Shown: piece after piece, positions 7,516-17,302 of the stretch
Layout: each line of letters begins with the position of its first letter
Position numbering within the stretch: position 1 is the first letter of the stretch
DNA from: Bacteroidales bacterium
Lineage (GTDB): Bacteria > Bacteroidota > Bacteroidia > Bacteroidales > JAADGE01
Assembly: GCA_024762915.1 (NCBI GenBank)
Contig: JANTGL010000002.1
Span: 1-39,151 of the forward strand
DNA length: 39,151 nt
Reading direction: 5' to 3'
Translations under genes and position numbers: made by a program
Notes under the pieces: generated by a model
Databases searched by the model: none
What the model was told of the DNA's origin: nothing
Seen by the model: only the letters and a program-made list of their open reading frames with translations

Positions 7516-8724
7516 ATGAGCACGGAAAATTACGATAATATCTTTAAAGAAAAAAAATGTTGTGTTATAATACCGACATTTAATAACGCCGTGACTTTAG
7601 CAAATGTTATAAAAGATGTTCTGCAATATACCGAAAATATTATTGTTGTAAACGACGGCTCAACGGATGATACGATTGAAATTCTGAAACAATTTCCGAA
7701 AGTTACCGATTTAAGTTATGAAAAAAATGAAGGGAAAGGTTTTGCTTTGCGCGCCGGTATTAAACTTGCCGAAAATATTGGTTATAATTATGCAATAACA
7801 CTCGATGCAGACGGACAACATCTTGCTTCCGATCTTCCGCAATTTATTGATTTTCTTGACGATAAAAAAGATGCAATTATTATCGGAGCAAGAAATATGA
7901 ACGGACAAGATCAAAAACACGGCAGCAGTTTTGCCAATAAATTTTCAAATTTTTGGTTCCGAATTGAAACCGGCATCAAGCACCCCGATACGCAATCGGG
8001 TTTTCGTTTATATCCTCTGAAAAAAGTTAATAAACTGAATTATTTTTCTTCAAAATACGAATTTGAAATAGAAGTCATCGTTCGAAATGCATGGCGAGGG
8101 GTTGATATTGAAGCGGTTCCGATAAATGTTTATTATCCGCCCGAAGAGGAGCATATTTCTCATTTTCGTCCGTTTAAAGATTTTTTAAGAATAAGTGTTT
8201 TAAATACCGTCTTGGTGATTGTTGCTTTCTTCTACGGTTTACCGGCACGTCTCTTCTATTATTTAAAAAAGAAAAACTTCAGACAAATTATCAAAGAGGA
8301 TGTTTTGCAAACAAAAGACAATAATTTGCAAATCAGCAAAGCTGTAGGATTTGGTTTTTTTATGGGTATTGTACCGATATGGGGTTGGCAAACTGTTGTT
8401 GCTTTGGCACTTTCACAATATTTAAAACTAAATAAAGCCATCGTTATTCTTGCAGCAAATATCAGTATTCCGCCTATGCTTCCTATTATTTTGTTCGGAA
8501 GCTATTACACCGGAGCAATAGTTACCGGTAAAAATTTAAATTTATTGCATTTCACAACCGACTTCAATTTTAAAACTGTTTCAGAGGATTTATTTCAATA
8601 TATTCTCGGGGCAATAGTTTTAGCAATAATCACTGCTGTTGTAACCGGATTAATTACATTTATTTTACTTAAATTTTTCAGAAAGAATAATACGAACAAT
8701 ATTAAAGTTACTTCAGTTTCTTAA
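7516..8724 (+). CDS. family 2 glycosyltransferase fused to a DUF2062 membrane domain
   Basis: The GT2 motifs are VIIPTFNN, VVNDGSTDDT and DADGQH. The C-terminal part is polytopic with the DUF2062-like segment P(I)WGWQT..A...S..LKLNK. Confidence 0.8.
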   Translation: MSTENYDNIFKEKKCCVIIPTFNNAVTLANVIKDVLQYTENIIVVNDGSTDDTIEILKQFPKVTDLSYEKNEGKGFALRAGIKLAENIGYNYAITLDADGQHLASDLPQFIDFLDDKKDAIIIGARNMNGQDQKHGSSFANKFSNFWFRIETGIKHPDTQSGFRLYPLKKVNKLNYFSSKYEFEIEVIVRNAWRGVDIEAVPINVYYPPEEEHISHFRPFKDFLRISVLNTVLVIVAFFYGLPARLFYYLKKKNFRQIIKEDVLQTKDNNLQISKAVGFGFFMGIVPIWGWQTVVALALSQYLKLNKAIVILAANISIPPMLPIILFGSYYTGAIVTGKNLNLLHFTTDFNFKTVSEDLFQYILGAIVLAIITAVVTGLITFILLKFFRKNNTNNIKVTSVS

Positions 8725-9442
8725 CCATTTTCGTACTGCCTTTGTTTTTAGTTTTTATATAATTCGTAACATTTTCAAAGTCTGAAAAATATTTTTCCGG
8801 AATACGCTCTCCTGTCAAAGTATTTACAAAAAAAGTTATCGGCAGTTTTGTTTCTTTTATTTCAAAACCTAAATTTATGAAAGCATCTCCCCTTCCCCAA
8901 TCTAAGTTTATATAAGTCATTAAAGTATCCGGTTTATATGCTTTAATGTATGCTTGCAATAATTTATCTAACCCTCCGATAACGGAATATCCGTTTTTGA
9001 TACAAAATCGTAATAATTCACCCGAACGACTTCCGTCTCGGAATTTACGCAGTCCGGCAAAAGTTGCAATTCCGACTAATTCATCGTGAAAAAATAATCC
9101 GTATTTAATTTTGGAATTTGTAGTTCCGAAGATATGATTTTCTTCTAAAAATAAATCGGTTTCGGGTTTTTTGATTTTTTTTAGGAGGCATTGCCTTCCG
9201 TGAATCCGCATGCTGATTTGAAGAATGGATTTTATTTTACTTTTTACGATTTCGGGTTTTCGTTGCCACCAATCTTCATACACAATAAATTTATCGGAAT
9301 ATATTGCTTCTGATAAATATTTTTCAAACGGTAAAAAAATAAACTTTTTAAAGGAAGTTTCGGGTAAATTATATTCTTTGATTAAATAATTCAAAAAACG
9401 ATAAAATTCATTTTCCCTCTTTTTTGTATCTTTTTCTTTCAA
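8708..9442 (-). CDS. GNAT-fold-like acyltransferase (weak call) / hypothetical protein
   Basis: The pattern NH..G......YGLF..DELVGIATF ... GG.DKLL ... LGF resembles a GNAT beta-strand/P-loop-like core. No firm family assignment is possible. Confidence 0.35.
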   Translation of the reverse strand: MKEKDTKKRENEFYRFLNYLIKEYNLPETSFKKFIFLPFEKYLSEAIYSDKFIVYEDWWQRKPEIVKSKIKSILQISMRIHGRQCLLKKIKKPETDLFLEENHIFGTTNSKIKYGLFFHDELVGIATFAGLRKFRDGSRSGELLRFCIKNGYSVIGGLDKLLQAYIKAYKPDTLMTYINLDWGRGDAFINLGFEIKETKLPITFFVNTLTGERIPEKYFSDFENVTNYIKTKNKGSTKMVKKLK

Positions 9443-9453
9443 CTTTTAACTTT

Positions 9454-12400
9454 CTATTTCAGAATTAGCAATTTTTCAAACTTTTCGGCAACTTCACCAG
9501 TAGAATTTCGAATTTTTACTCTGTAAACATAAACACCTCTGCCGATAAGATTGCCGAAATCATCGGTACCGTCCCAGGCATATGGACCTGCACGAAAACC
9601 GTCAGCCGTAAAACTGTCTTCAATGGTTTTAACCAACTTTCCGGAAACGGTAAATATTTGAATAATGATATCTAAATCTTGCCCGGCTTGATTATGTTCA
9701 AACCAAAATTCTGTATGTGTCGTAAACGGATTGGGATAATTCAATAACTTATCAATTGACAGTTCTTCAGATTCAATTACAACAAAATCCAAAAATTCTT
9801 CCGATGAATTATTATAAACATCCCAAGCTTTAAATTTTAATGTATGTTCACCCGGTTTCATATCAAATAAAAAATGTTCAAGCGTTCCGTTTTTATAGGT
9901 CCCTTCATCCGCTCTGTAATCATCATTCATTACAATGATATTTTGAATATCATCATCTATTACTGCCGTTATATCGTGTCCGATACCGCCTGATGCCGTA
10001 TTTATACCGTGTTCATCAAACAATTTTGCAAATATTCGAGGATTCACATCAGTCATTCCCCCGGAAACAAAGTTTTCATCATTCATATATAAGTTTATTT
10101 CCGGCCCGGTATTATCCTCTTCATAATTTGAAGAAATATCACCTACTAAAAAATCATAAGAATAACCTTTAGCATCATAAACTCCGTTTTCTGCGTAATA
10201 ACTTACTTTACCTGTATCTACATTTAATAAGATATCTTTCGGTACAATAAATTCAAAATTAAAATCTCCGTTAATAACTTTAGCTTTTCCTTTATATACG
10301 GTATTATTTCTGTCTTGATAAGTAAATACGCCGTTATCATCATTATTTAATGTATTGACCGTAATTTCTTTATCAAAAACAGTCGGATACACAAAACCGT
10401 CAAAATTTTTCAATTTATTACCGTTTTTATCCGTTACACTTCCGTTAAAACTTGCTTTACTTAAAGCTTTTAAAGTATCAATTTGAGAAACCGGGTGACC
10501 GTTTATTTTATTTGTTATTACCTGATTATCAGAAGCAAATCCTAATTGTAAAGCCGGATCACCCATTAAAAAGAAAATCAAAATACTGTTTGAAGAGTAA
10601 TCAACTTTTGTTTTACGAATAATATCACCCAAACAATACGGTTTCCCGTTACCGAAACTTTCAAAAACATTTTGATAAAAATAGCTTGATAAAACTCCGT
10701 TTGCATAAATCCATGCAATGCGTGCCGTAGTAAATAATGCAATTGCACCTCCTTGTGAATTTAAAAAAACATGTTCCCCTGCTGACAAAAATTTATAATC
10801 GTCAAAACGTGTAAATTCACAAGTTGCGGTTACAAATAAAGGTAATTTATCAAAATTTCTCCAACTTTCGATTTCACTTATTGTCATTATTCGTTCATGA
10901 GCCAAACCTTGTTCCCCTCCGTGACCTGTATAATTAATCAGCAATGCCCCTTTTTGAACACGATTATTTACAGCCGTATTAACATCAGGATATCTTTGAC
11001 CTCCGGAAACCGTGTATTGTGTGTAAGCATCCAGATAAATTTTCTCAATATTAAAAAAGGGGTATTTGGTTTTAATACTTTCAGTATAACCGTCAGCTTG
11101 TTGCATGTGAATATTATTATTTTCGTCATCGGCAATAAAAGATAATTGATTTCTCCAATCTCCAAAAGTAGCAGGATTAAGATAACGATTAACTTTTGCA
11201 ATATATTCTTCAGCTTCTTCAGGTGTTGAAACAGGTATTCTTCCTATTCCGATATCTAATAAACCGGATAATGAAGTTCCTAAATCACCTTCACCGTCAT
11301 CCAATAAACCGAAAAAATCATCCGTCACCAAAGAACTGCCCAGACTAACCGAATTACTTTGTTGATAAGTAATCATAAAATTTCCGTTAATTCCTTCTCC
11401 GCTTCTGTTATCATAGGAGCCGTCACCGAACAAACATAAATATCTTAAAGTATCATTGCCCGATGCTCTTTCATAAACCATTTTAGCATAATCTCTCAGA
11501 GCAGAAAAATCAGCAGCTCCCGAAGAAAATTCATTATAAACTTGCTGAGTTGTCACAACTTTAACATTCATATTATCTCTTTGAACATGAATATCTTTAA
11601 GTTCATTTGCCTGTACTAAAAAATCAGGATTTGTAATAATGATCATATCTGTTGCTCCGGAAGTGGCATGCAAATTTTGATTAGCAACATCTACTACATT
11701 TTCAAGATCGGGAGTTAAATATGATGCATTATCAAAAGCAATAAATTCATGCAATACATCACCCGAAAGTTTAAATATTTGAGTATTCCCGGAAACATTC
11801 GTATTCACTTTAACCGGTTTTGTTTTATCGGTAATATCCCAGACGGTTATTCCGCTGCCGGCATTTGACAAAGTATATTTTGAAATTTTTCCGGCACCGT
11901 ATGTTTCTCTGTTTCTGAAAGAAAATTGTCCGTCCGGATATTTTAACAGACATTTTGTATTAACATAAATATAATCTAACCAAGCTTGAGCAGCCGGAGA
12001 ATTTTGATGATACGTTAAGTTAACCGAAAGAGAATTTCCGGTCGGTGCCGTAAAATTAAATTCTGTTTCACCGACATCTGCATAGTCATATTCACCAATA
12101 TTTCCGAAATTTATTGTTCCTGAACTTCCGTTTGCCGAAACCGAAAAATAAGATTCACTTGAATTAGAAGCAGTTCTGACATATACAAATGAATTATTAT
12201 AAGCGTTTAAGTTCGGGAAAGAGAAATTAAAAGATTGATTATTATCAATATCAAAAGATTCACCGAACATTCTTCGTCCCGTCTCTTCAATATGATGATT
12301 ATCATCTTCGTGAAGCGCATAAGCATCATAAGTATTAATATTTTGAGTTTCAGGCAAACTGCTTGAAGATTCATTTTTAATCGTGTTATTATAACTGCTG

Positions 12401-13233
12401 TTATAATCCGTGCTTAAAAAATAATAAGCATATTCAGAATAAAAATGATGAATCGGAACAAATCTGTCATTCCCTGAATCATAATTCCATTTGTCGGGTC
12501 CTTGACCGTAAAAATAAACCGTATTATCTTTTATTAACAGATCATTCTCAATTAAATCATCCGGTCTGTCATCACCTGCAATCATGGGTAACCAACCGAA
12601 TGCATTCCCAAAAATTCGGATATTTTGAGGATTTTCAAAACCCATATTTTGAAGTTGTGCAAACGTTATTTTATAAACCCCGCTTTGTTTAATTCTGATT
12701 TTTTTCCAAGTTCCGCTGCTCAAAACAGAATTTGTAACATTTTTCAAGCCTTTAGATTTAGGATTTCCGGTTTTTCTATTTTTAATAATTCTAATATCAA
12801 ATTTAATAAGTTTTAAAAGTTTCCCGGACAATTCTTTTTTTAAAGGCAAAAAACTAATTTGAATATAAGGAATACCCCTGGCATAGAGCACTTTACTTTT
12901 AATAATAATTTTCTCAGATATTTTATTTAAATGTAAAACAGCTTGCAAATTTTCATCCTTTAATGCAATAAACCGAAGTTTTTCAAGTTTTACGGTATAC
13001 GTATAATTTAAATCATAAAATTGTTTTATATTTATATTTTCAGAATAATAAGGCAATAAGTCGTTATTAAAACTTGCTGCTCTTTCAAAATCTAAAACAT
13101 GATAAATATTTCCCGAAGTATCCGTTTTTACTTGATTCGATTTCCAGTGGATTTCTCTCGTAAAAATTTGGGAATACGAATTAAAACCTATAAAAAGAAT
13201 TACTATTAATAAGGGAACTTGTAAATATTTCAT
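9454..13233 (-). CDS. porU: type IX secretion system sortase PorU (C25 gingipain-like peptidase)
   Basis: 1259 aa with a signal peptide. The C25-like His and Cys regions are NYTGHGGEQG and FVTATCEF. The C-terminal beta-sandwich (NYPNPF...GVYVYRVKI) resembles a T9SS CTD. It sits next to gldJ, as in Flavobacterium. Confidence 0.8.
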   Translation of the reverse strand: MKYLQVPLLIVILFIGFNSYSQIFTREIHWKSNQVKTDTSGNIYHVLDFERAASFNNDLLPYYSENINIKQFYDLNYTYTVKLEKLRFIALKDENLQAVLHLNKISEKIIIKSKVLYARGIPYIQISFLPLKKELSGKLLKLIKFDIRIIKNRKTGNPKSKGLKNVTNSVLSSGTWKKIRIKQSGVYKITFAQLQNMGFENPQNIRIFGNAFGWLPMIAGDDRPDDLIENDLLIKDNTVYFYGQGPDKWNYDSGNDRFVPIHHFYSEYAYYFLSTDYNSSYNNTIKNESSSSLPETQNINTYDAYALHEDDNHHIEETGRRMFGESFDIDNNQSFNFSFPNLNAYNNSFVYVRTASNSSESYFSVSANGSSGTINFGNIGEYDYADVGETEFNFTAPTGNSLSVNLTYHQNSPAAQAWLDYIYVNTKCLLKYPDGQFSFRNRETYGAGKISKYTLSNAGSGITVWDITDKTKPVKVNTNVSGNTQIFKLSGDVLHEFIAFDNASYLTPDLENVVDVANQNLHATSGATDMIIITNPDFLVQANELKDIHVQRDNMNVKVVTTQQVYNEFSSGAADFSALRDYAKMVYERASGNDTLRYLCLFGDGSYDNRSGEGINGNFMITYQQSNSVSLGSSLVTDDFFGLLDDGEGDLGTSLSGLLDIGIGRIPVSTPEEAEEYIAKVNRYLNPATFGDWRNQLSFIADDENNNIHMQQADGYTESIKTKYPFFNIEKIYLDAYTQYTVSGGQRYPDVNTAVNNRVQKGALLINYTGHGGEQGLAHERIMTISEIESWRNFDKLPLFVTATCEFTRFDDYKFLSAGEHVFLNSQGGAIALFTTARIAWIYANGVLSSYFYQNVFESFGNGKPYCLGDIIRKTKVDYSSNSILIFFLMGDPALQLGFASDNQVITNKINGHPVSQIDTLKALSKASFNGSVTDKNGNKLKNFDGFVYPTVFDKEITVNTLNNDDNGVFTYQDRNNTVYKGKAKVINGDFNFEFIVPKDILLNVDTGKVSYYAENGVYDAKGYSYDFLVGDISSNYEEDNTGPEINLYMNDENFVSGGMTDVNPRIFAKLFDEHGINTASGGIGHDITAVIDDDIQNIIVMNDDYRADEGTYKNGTLEHFLFDMKPGEHTLKFKAWDVYNNSSEEFLDFVVIESEELSIDKLLNYPNPFTTHTEFWFEHNQAGQDLDIIIQIFTVSGKLVKTIEDSFTADGFRAGPYAWDGTDDFGNLIGRGVYVYRVKIRNSTGEVAEKFEKLLILK

Positions 13234-13244
13234 AAAGCCGTTAA

Positions 13245-14231
13245 ATGAAATGTAATAATTATAATAAATGTAATATTTATTTTAAACGATTGTTTCTGCT
13301 GTTGAGTATATTCTCATTAAATTTTTCATTTATAAAAGCTCAAAATTACAATTTTTCCGATCCGTATTCCGAAAAAATATTTTTTAATCCGGCCTATTCC
13401 GGTCTCTCAGAAATTTCGGAAATAAACTTAAGTTATGCAAAAAATTTCTTTTACGACATATATTCAGTAAGTTATAACCGTTTTTTTAATGAATACAAAA
13501 GCGGTTTGGGAATTATGATTTTAAATAGTCGTCTCGGAAAAGGCGCAATTAATAATTTAAATATTTCCGGTATCTACAATTATCAAATAAAAATAAATTA
13601 TAAAAGTATTGTAAATACGGCGATTCAAGTCAGCTATCTCGAACAATCCGTTAATTCTGAAAAACTAATTTTCAGTAATCAAATAAATCCGATTTCTCAA
13701 ACAATCAATCCGAATACTTCAGAATTTTTCGGAAATATATTTCGAACATATGATTTTTCATTGGGCACAAGCTATATAAGTAACAGATACAGAAGCGGTT
13801 TAAGTATACATCATATAGATAAATTTTTCTTTAATACTTCCGAAAACTTAATAAATCCTGAAATTACATTATACTTTGGCAAGATTTTTTCTGTTAACTT
13901 TTCAGAAAAATTTCATAAATTATTAATTACACCGGAAATAATTTGGAAAACACAAAACAATTTTAATCAATTAATTTATGCCGTTCACGGAATTTATAAC
14001 ATTTTTTTAACAAGAATTTTCGTAAAACATAACATCAATTTTAATACTTTTGAAAGTGCGATCAGCTTTGGATTAAATTACACAAAATTCAGATTAATAT
14101 ATACTTACAACATATCATTTACAAAATATTTAAGTATCCCGACGAGCACAAACGAAATATCTTTAAGATACAATTTCGGTAAACGAAAAAAAATAAATAT
14201 CAAAAACACAATATATTGTTCAGATTTTTAG
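13245..14231 (+). CDS. PorP/SprF-family T9SS outer-membrane protein
   Basis: Signal peptide, ~330 aa. The family N-terminal motif (F)FNPAYSG follows the cleavage site. The sequence is rich in aromatic/beta-barrel-like alternation. Confidence 0.65.
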   Translation: MKCNNYNKCNIYFKRLFLLLSIFSLNFSFIKAQNYNFSDPYSEKIFFNPAYSGLSEISEINLSYAKNFFYDIYSVSYNRFFNEYKSGLGIMILNSRLGKGAINNLNISGIYNYQIKINYKSIVNTAIQVSYLEQSVNSEKLIFSNQINPISQTINPNTSEFFGNIFRTYDFSLGTSYISNRYRSGLSIHHIDKFFFNTSENLINPEITLYFGKIFSVNFSEKFHKLLITPEIIWKTQNNFNQLIYAVHGIYNIFLTRIFVKHNINFNTFESAISFGLNYTKFRLIYTYNISFTKYLSIPTSTNEISLRYNFGKRKKINIKNTIYCSDF

Positions 14232-14232
14232 T

Positions 14233-14240
14233 TATATTTG
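14233..14240 (+). promoter_or_regulatory. candidate -7 box TAtaTTTG upstream of gldJ
   Basis: It matches TAnnTTTG and lies 76 nt upstream of the ATG at 14316. Confidence 0.35.
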
Positions 14241-14315
14241 TGGTTTAAAACAGTAAAAAAACAGGTTCAATTAAGAGCAAACTCTTAATAAAATTGAAAT
14301 TAAATTTACAAACAA

Positions 14316-15830
14316 ATGAAAATGAAACTCTTTTTTCCGATTGCTGCTTTTGTTGCAGCTGCATTAATTTTAAGTTCTTGCGGCGGCGGCAGCACAACAG
14401 GTAACGAACAAATCGGTACTTATTCAACATCAACCGGATGGCAGTATAACAATGCAGAAAACGGCGGTTTTGAAGTCTCTACTTTTAACGAACAAAAAAC
14501 CGGTCCCGGTCTGGTCTTTATTGAGGGCGGTGCTTTTCAAATGGGAAGAACAGAACAAGATGTAATGTATTCTTGGAATAATATGCCGAGAAGAGTCACG
14601 GTATCATCTTATTATATGGACGAAACAGAAGTCAGAAATGTAGATTATCTTGAATATTTGCATTGGATAAGTAAGGTTTTCCAAGGAATGGATGCTATTT
14701 ATAAAGATGCTATACCTGATACTTTAGCATGGAGAAGACGATTAGCATATAACGAACCATATGTTGAATATTACTTCCGCTCTCCCATGTATTACACATA
14801 CCCTGTTGTCGGTGTAAACTGGATTCAAGCAACAAAATATTGTGATTGGAGAACGGACAGAGTTAATGAACAAATTCTTGTTGATCAAGGAATTTTAAGA
14901 TTCAGTCCTGATGATCAAACCGGTGCGGATAACTTTAACACGGAAGCTTATTTAGCAGGTCAATATGACGTCGGAGTAGAACACGGACTCCCCAATTTAA
15001 GCGGTGACGGTGAAAGAAATGTCAGAATGGAAGACGGTATATTACTTCCGAAATATCAACTTCCGACGGAAGCAGAATGGGAATATGCTGCTTTAGCATT
15101 AATAGGTAACTCGAAAGATTCTCCCGAAAGAATATGGTCAAACAGAATTTATCCGTGGAACGGTCATTATTTGAGAAAAGACACCAAAAAAGATTTAGGG
15201 AAATTTTTAGCAAACTTTAAAAGAGGTCGCGGTGATATGATGGGTGTTGCCGGCGCATTAAATGATAACGGTTCAATTACGGTTCCCGTTGATTCATACT
15301 GGCCGAATGATTTCGGATTATATTGTATGGCAGGAAATGTAAATGAATGGGTAAGAGACGTATACAGAGCAAATTCTTCTCTTGATGTTGAAGATTTCAA
15401 CCCTTTCAGAGGAAATATTTTTATGACGAAAGAAACTGACTCTGACGGACATATTGTTGAAAAAGACAGCACAGGTCATATTAAATATCGTGAAATGACT
15501 GATGAAGAAAGCATGGGACGTCATAATTACAGAAGAGCCTATAATATTAATTATAAAGACGGTGACCTTGAATCAAGTGTGGCGGAAGGTGATTGGTTAG
15601 CAGAAGATGAACCCGGTTCATCAAGAATGTATAAACAAGGTGATAAAAACGGAGTCGGAATGAGTTCTCTTGTTACGGACCATTCCAGAGTATACAAAGG
15701 TGGCGGATGGCGAGATAAAGCATATTGGTTGAGCCCGGGAAACAGACGATTCTTAGACGAAAAAGAATCAAGAGATGACTTAGGTTTCAGGTGTTCAATG
15801 ATCAGACTCGGAAGTCCGAGCGGAAATTAA
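14316..15830 (+). CDS. gldJ: gliding motility lipoprotein GldJ (SUMF1/FGE-fold)
   Basis: The lipobox is LILSSCGG. The following segments match my recollection of F. johnsoniae GldJ: GLVFIEGGAF, YYMDETEV, PDTLAWRRRLAYNE, YPVVGVNWIQA, WRTDRVNE, LPTEAEWEYAA, VYKGGGWRD.AYWL and GFRC. The gene is solitary and lies next to porU and murF, not in a gldKLMN operon. Confidence 0.8.
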   Translation: MKMKLFFPIAAFVAAALILSSCGGGSTTGNEQIGTYSTSTGWQYNNAENGGFEVSTFNEQKTGPGLVFIEGGAFQMGRTEQDVMYSWNNMPRRVTVSSYYMDETEVRNVDYLEYLHWISKVFQGMDAIYKDAIPDTLAWRRRLAYNEPYVEYYFRSPMYYTYPVVGVNWIQATKYCDWRTDRVNEQILVDQGILRFSPDDQTGADNFNTEAYLAGQYDVGVEHGLPNLSGDGERNVRMEDGILLPKYQLPTEAEWEYAALALIGNSKDSPERIWSNRIYPWNGHYLRKDTKKDLGKFLANFKRGRGDMMGVAGALNDNGSITVPVDSYWPNDFGLYCMAGNVNEWVRDVYRANSSLDVEDFNPFRGNIFMTKETDSDGHIVEKDSTGHIKYREMTDEESMGRHNYRRAYNINYKDGDLESSVAEGDWLAEDEPGSSRMYKQGDKNGVGMSSLVTDHSRVYKGGGWRDKAYWLSPGNRRFLDEKESRDDLGFRCSMIRLGSPSGN

Positions 15831-15855
15831 AATTAATTAAATTAAAATATACAAG

Positions 15856-15887
15856 AGACCTCTTTAACAGAAGAGGTCTTTTTTTTA
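15856..15887 (+). terminator. rho-independent terminator after gldJ
   Basis: The stem agacctctt/aagaggtct has a 6-nt loop and is followed by a T-run. Confidence 0.8.
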
Positions 15888-15893
15888 TCTTTG
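15886..15893 (+). promoter_or_regulatory. candidate -7 box TAtcTTTG for murF
   Basis: It matches TAnnTTTG and lies 14 nt upstream of the ATG at 15907. Confidence 0.4.
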
Positions 15894-15906
15894 CATAAAA
15901 CTAATT

Positions 15907-17229
15907 ATGAAAATTTCCGAATTATATAAAATCTTTTTAAAACATCCCGTAATCACAACCGACAGCAGGAATGTTCCTAAAAACAGTATCTTTTGGGCAT
16001 TGAAAGGTGAAAATTTTAACGGAAACAGCTATGTTCAAGATGCGCTGAATTCAGGTGCTTCCTATGCAATTACGGATGATAAAGCATCACTCATATCCGA
16101 AAAAACTATTTTGTTTAATGATACTTTAAAAACACTTCAATTATTAGCAAATTTTCACAGGAAGCAATTAAATTTACCCATATTTGCTTTAACCGGAACA
16201 AACGGAAAAACAACAACAAAAGAATTAATCTTAAAAATTCTTTCAAGCCAATACAATGTTATTGCAACTAAAGGAAACTTAAATAATCATATCGGTGTTC
16301 CTTTAACAATTCTCAGAATAAAAAAAGAAACCGAAATCGGTATTATAGAAATGGGTGCCAATCATCCGGGAGAAATTCAACAACTTTGTGACATTGCCGA
16401 ACCAAATTTCGGACTTATTACAAATATCGGGAAAGCACATCTTGAGGGTTTCGGATCTTTTGAAGGAATCATTAAAACCAAATCAGAACTTTACCAAAAT
16501 GTCATAAAAAATAAGGGTACGATATTTTATAATTCTGATAATCAGATATTAAATTCATTAGAAAAAGGTCCTAAAACAGTAACATACGGAGCAAATTCCG
16601 GGAACCGGTTAAATTCTCGCCTGTTATCCGTAAATCCTTTTGTAAATATTGAAATTGAAACGTTTGAAGGTCTCAAAACAGAAATTAATTCACAATTAAT
16701 AGGAACTTACAATTTTGAGAATATTTCAGCTGCTTCTTGCGTCGGAGATTTCTTTAAAATAAGTATTCAAAACATTAAGAAAGCGATTGAAAATTATACA
16801 CCGGATAATAACCGTTCTCAATTAATTAAAAAAAAGAAAAATGAGATTATCTTAGATGCATATAATGCAAATCCTACAAGCATGAAAGCTTCACTGAATA
16901 ATTTTTTAACTTTAAAAAAAAGAAAAAAAATAATCATACTCGGTGACATGTATGAATTAGGCAAATACTCAAAAAAAGAGCATACCGAAATATTGGAATT
17001 ATTAAAAATTGCATTCCGAGAAAATGATTCTGTAAAAGAAATAATGGTTACCGGTAACTATTTTAATGATGCGTTCAGCAATGATTTTCAAGATTCAGGA
17101 ATTATTCATTTTATAACAACAAATGATCTTGAAACCTTTTTAAAAAATAAAACGTATACTGATTGTACATTCCTTATTAAAGGATCACGAGCAATGAAAT
17201 TGGAAAATTTAGTTACTTTTATTGCTTAA
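15907..17229 (+). CDS. murF: UDP-N-acetylmuramoyl-tripeptide--D-alanyl-D-alanine ligase
   Basis: It has the Mur ligase P-loop TGTNGKTTTKE, the segments NNHIGVP and GANHPGEI, and DAYNANP in the C-domain. Confidence 0.9.
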   Translation: MKISELYKIFLKHPVITTDSRNVPKNSIFWALKGENFNGNSYVQDALNSGASYAITDDKASLISEKTILFNDTLKTLQLLANFHRKQLNLPIFALTGTNGKTTTKELILKILSSQYNVIATKGNLNNHIGVPLTILRIKKETEIGIIEMGANHPGEIQQLCDIAEPNFGLITNIGKAHLEGFGSFEGIIKTKSELYQNVIKNKGTIFYNSDNQILNSLEKGPKTVTYGANSGNRLNSRLLSVNPFVNIEIETFEGLKTEINSQLIGTYNFENISAASCVGDFFKISIQNIKKAIENYTPDNNRSQLIKKKKNEIILDAYNANPTSMKASLNNFLTLKKRKKIIILGDMYELGKYSKKEHTEILELLKIAFRENDSVKEIMVTGNYFNDAFSNDFQDSGIIHFITTNDLETFLKNKTYTDCTFLIKGSRAMKLENLVTFIA

Positions 17230-17302
17230 ACCATGCAACTATATTATATTAAATATATCTGTATGTATCAATACTCTTAAATACTTTATTAAATACTAAC
17301 AA

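Noticed and set aside
7508-7518. A 5-bp gap between the divergent starts of the C45 hydrolase and GT2 genes, considered as a possible mis-assembly or inversion point.
   Set aside because: Both reading frames are intact with sensible N-termini. Alternative downstream Met codons exist (for example MKSEKSK for the C45 gene) that relax the spacing, and there is no repeat or breakpoint signature.
13245-14231. Could this be PorV (the usual porU neighbour)?
   Set aside because: It is ~330 aa, divergent from porU rather than downstream of it, and carries the PorP/SprF-type NPAYSG motif just after the signal peptide. As I recall, PorV is larger and lacks this motif.
14316-15830. Could this be GldK instead of GldJ? 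Both are SUMF1-fold lipoproteins.
   Set aside because: No gldL/M/N genes follow it. Its position next to porU and murF and several long GldJ-like sequence strings favour GldJ.
17262-17302. Repeated aatact words upstream of the M14 gene, considered as another heptamer array or operator.
   Set aside because: The spacings are 10 and 12 nt, not 7, and there are only three short occurrences. This is too weak to separate from chance in AT-rich DNA.
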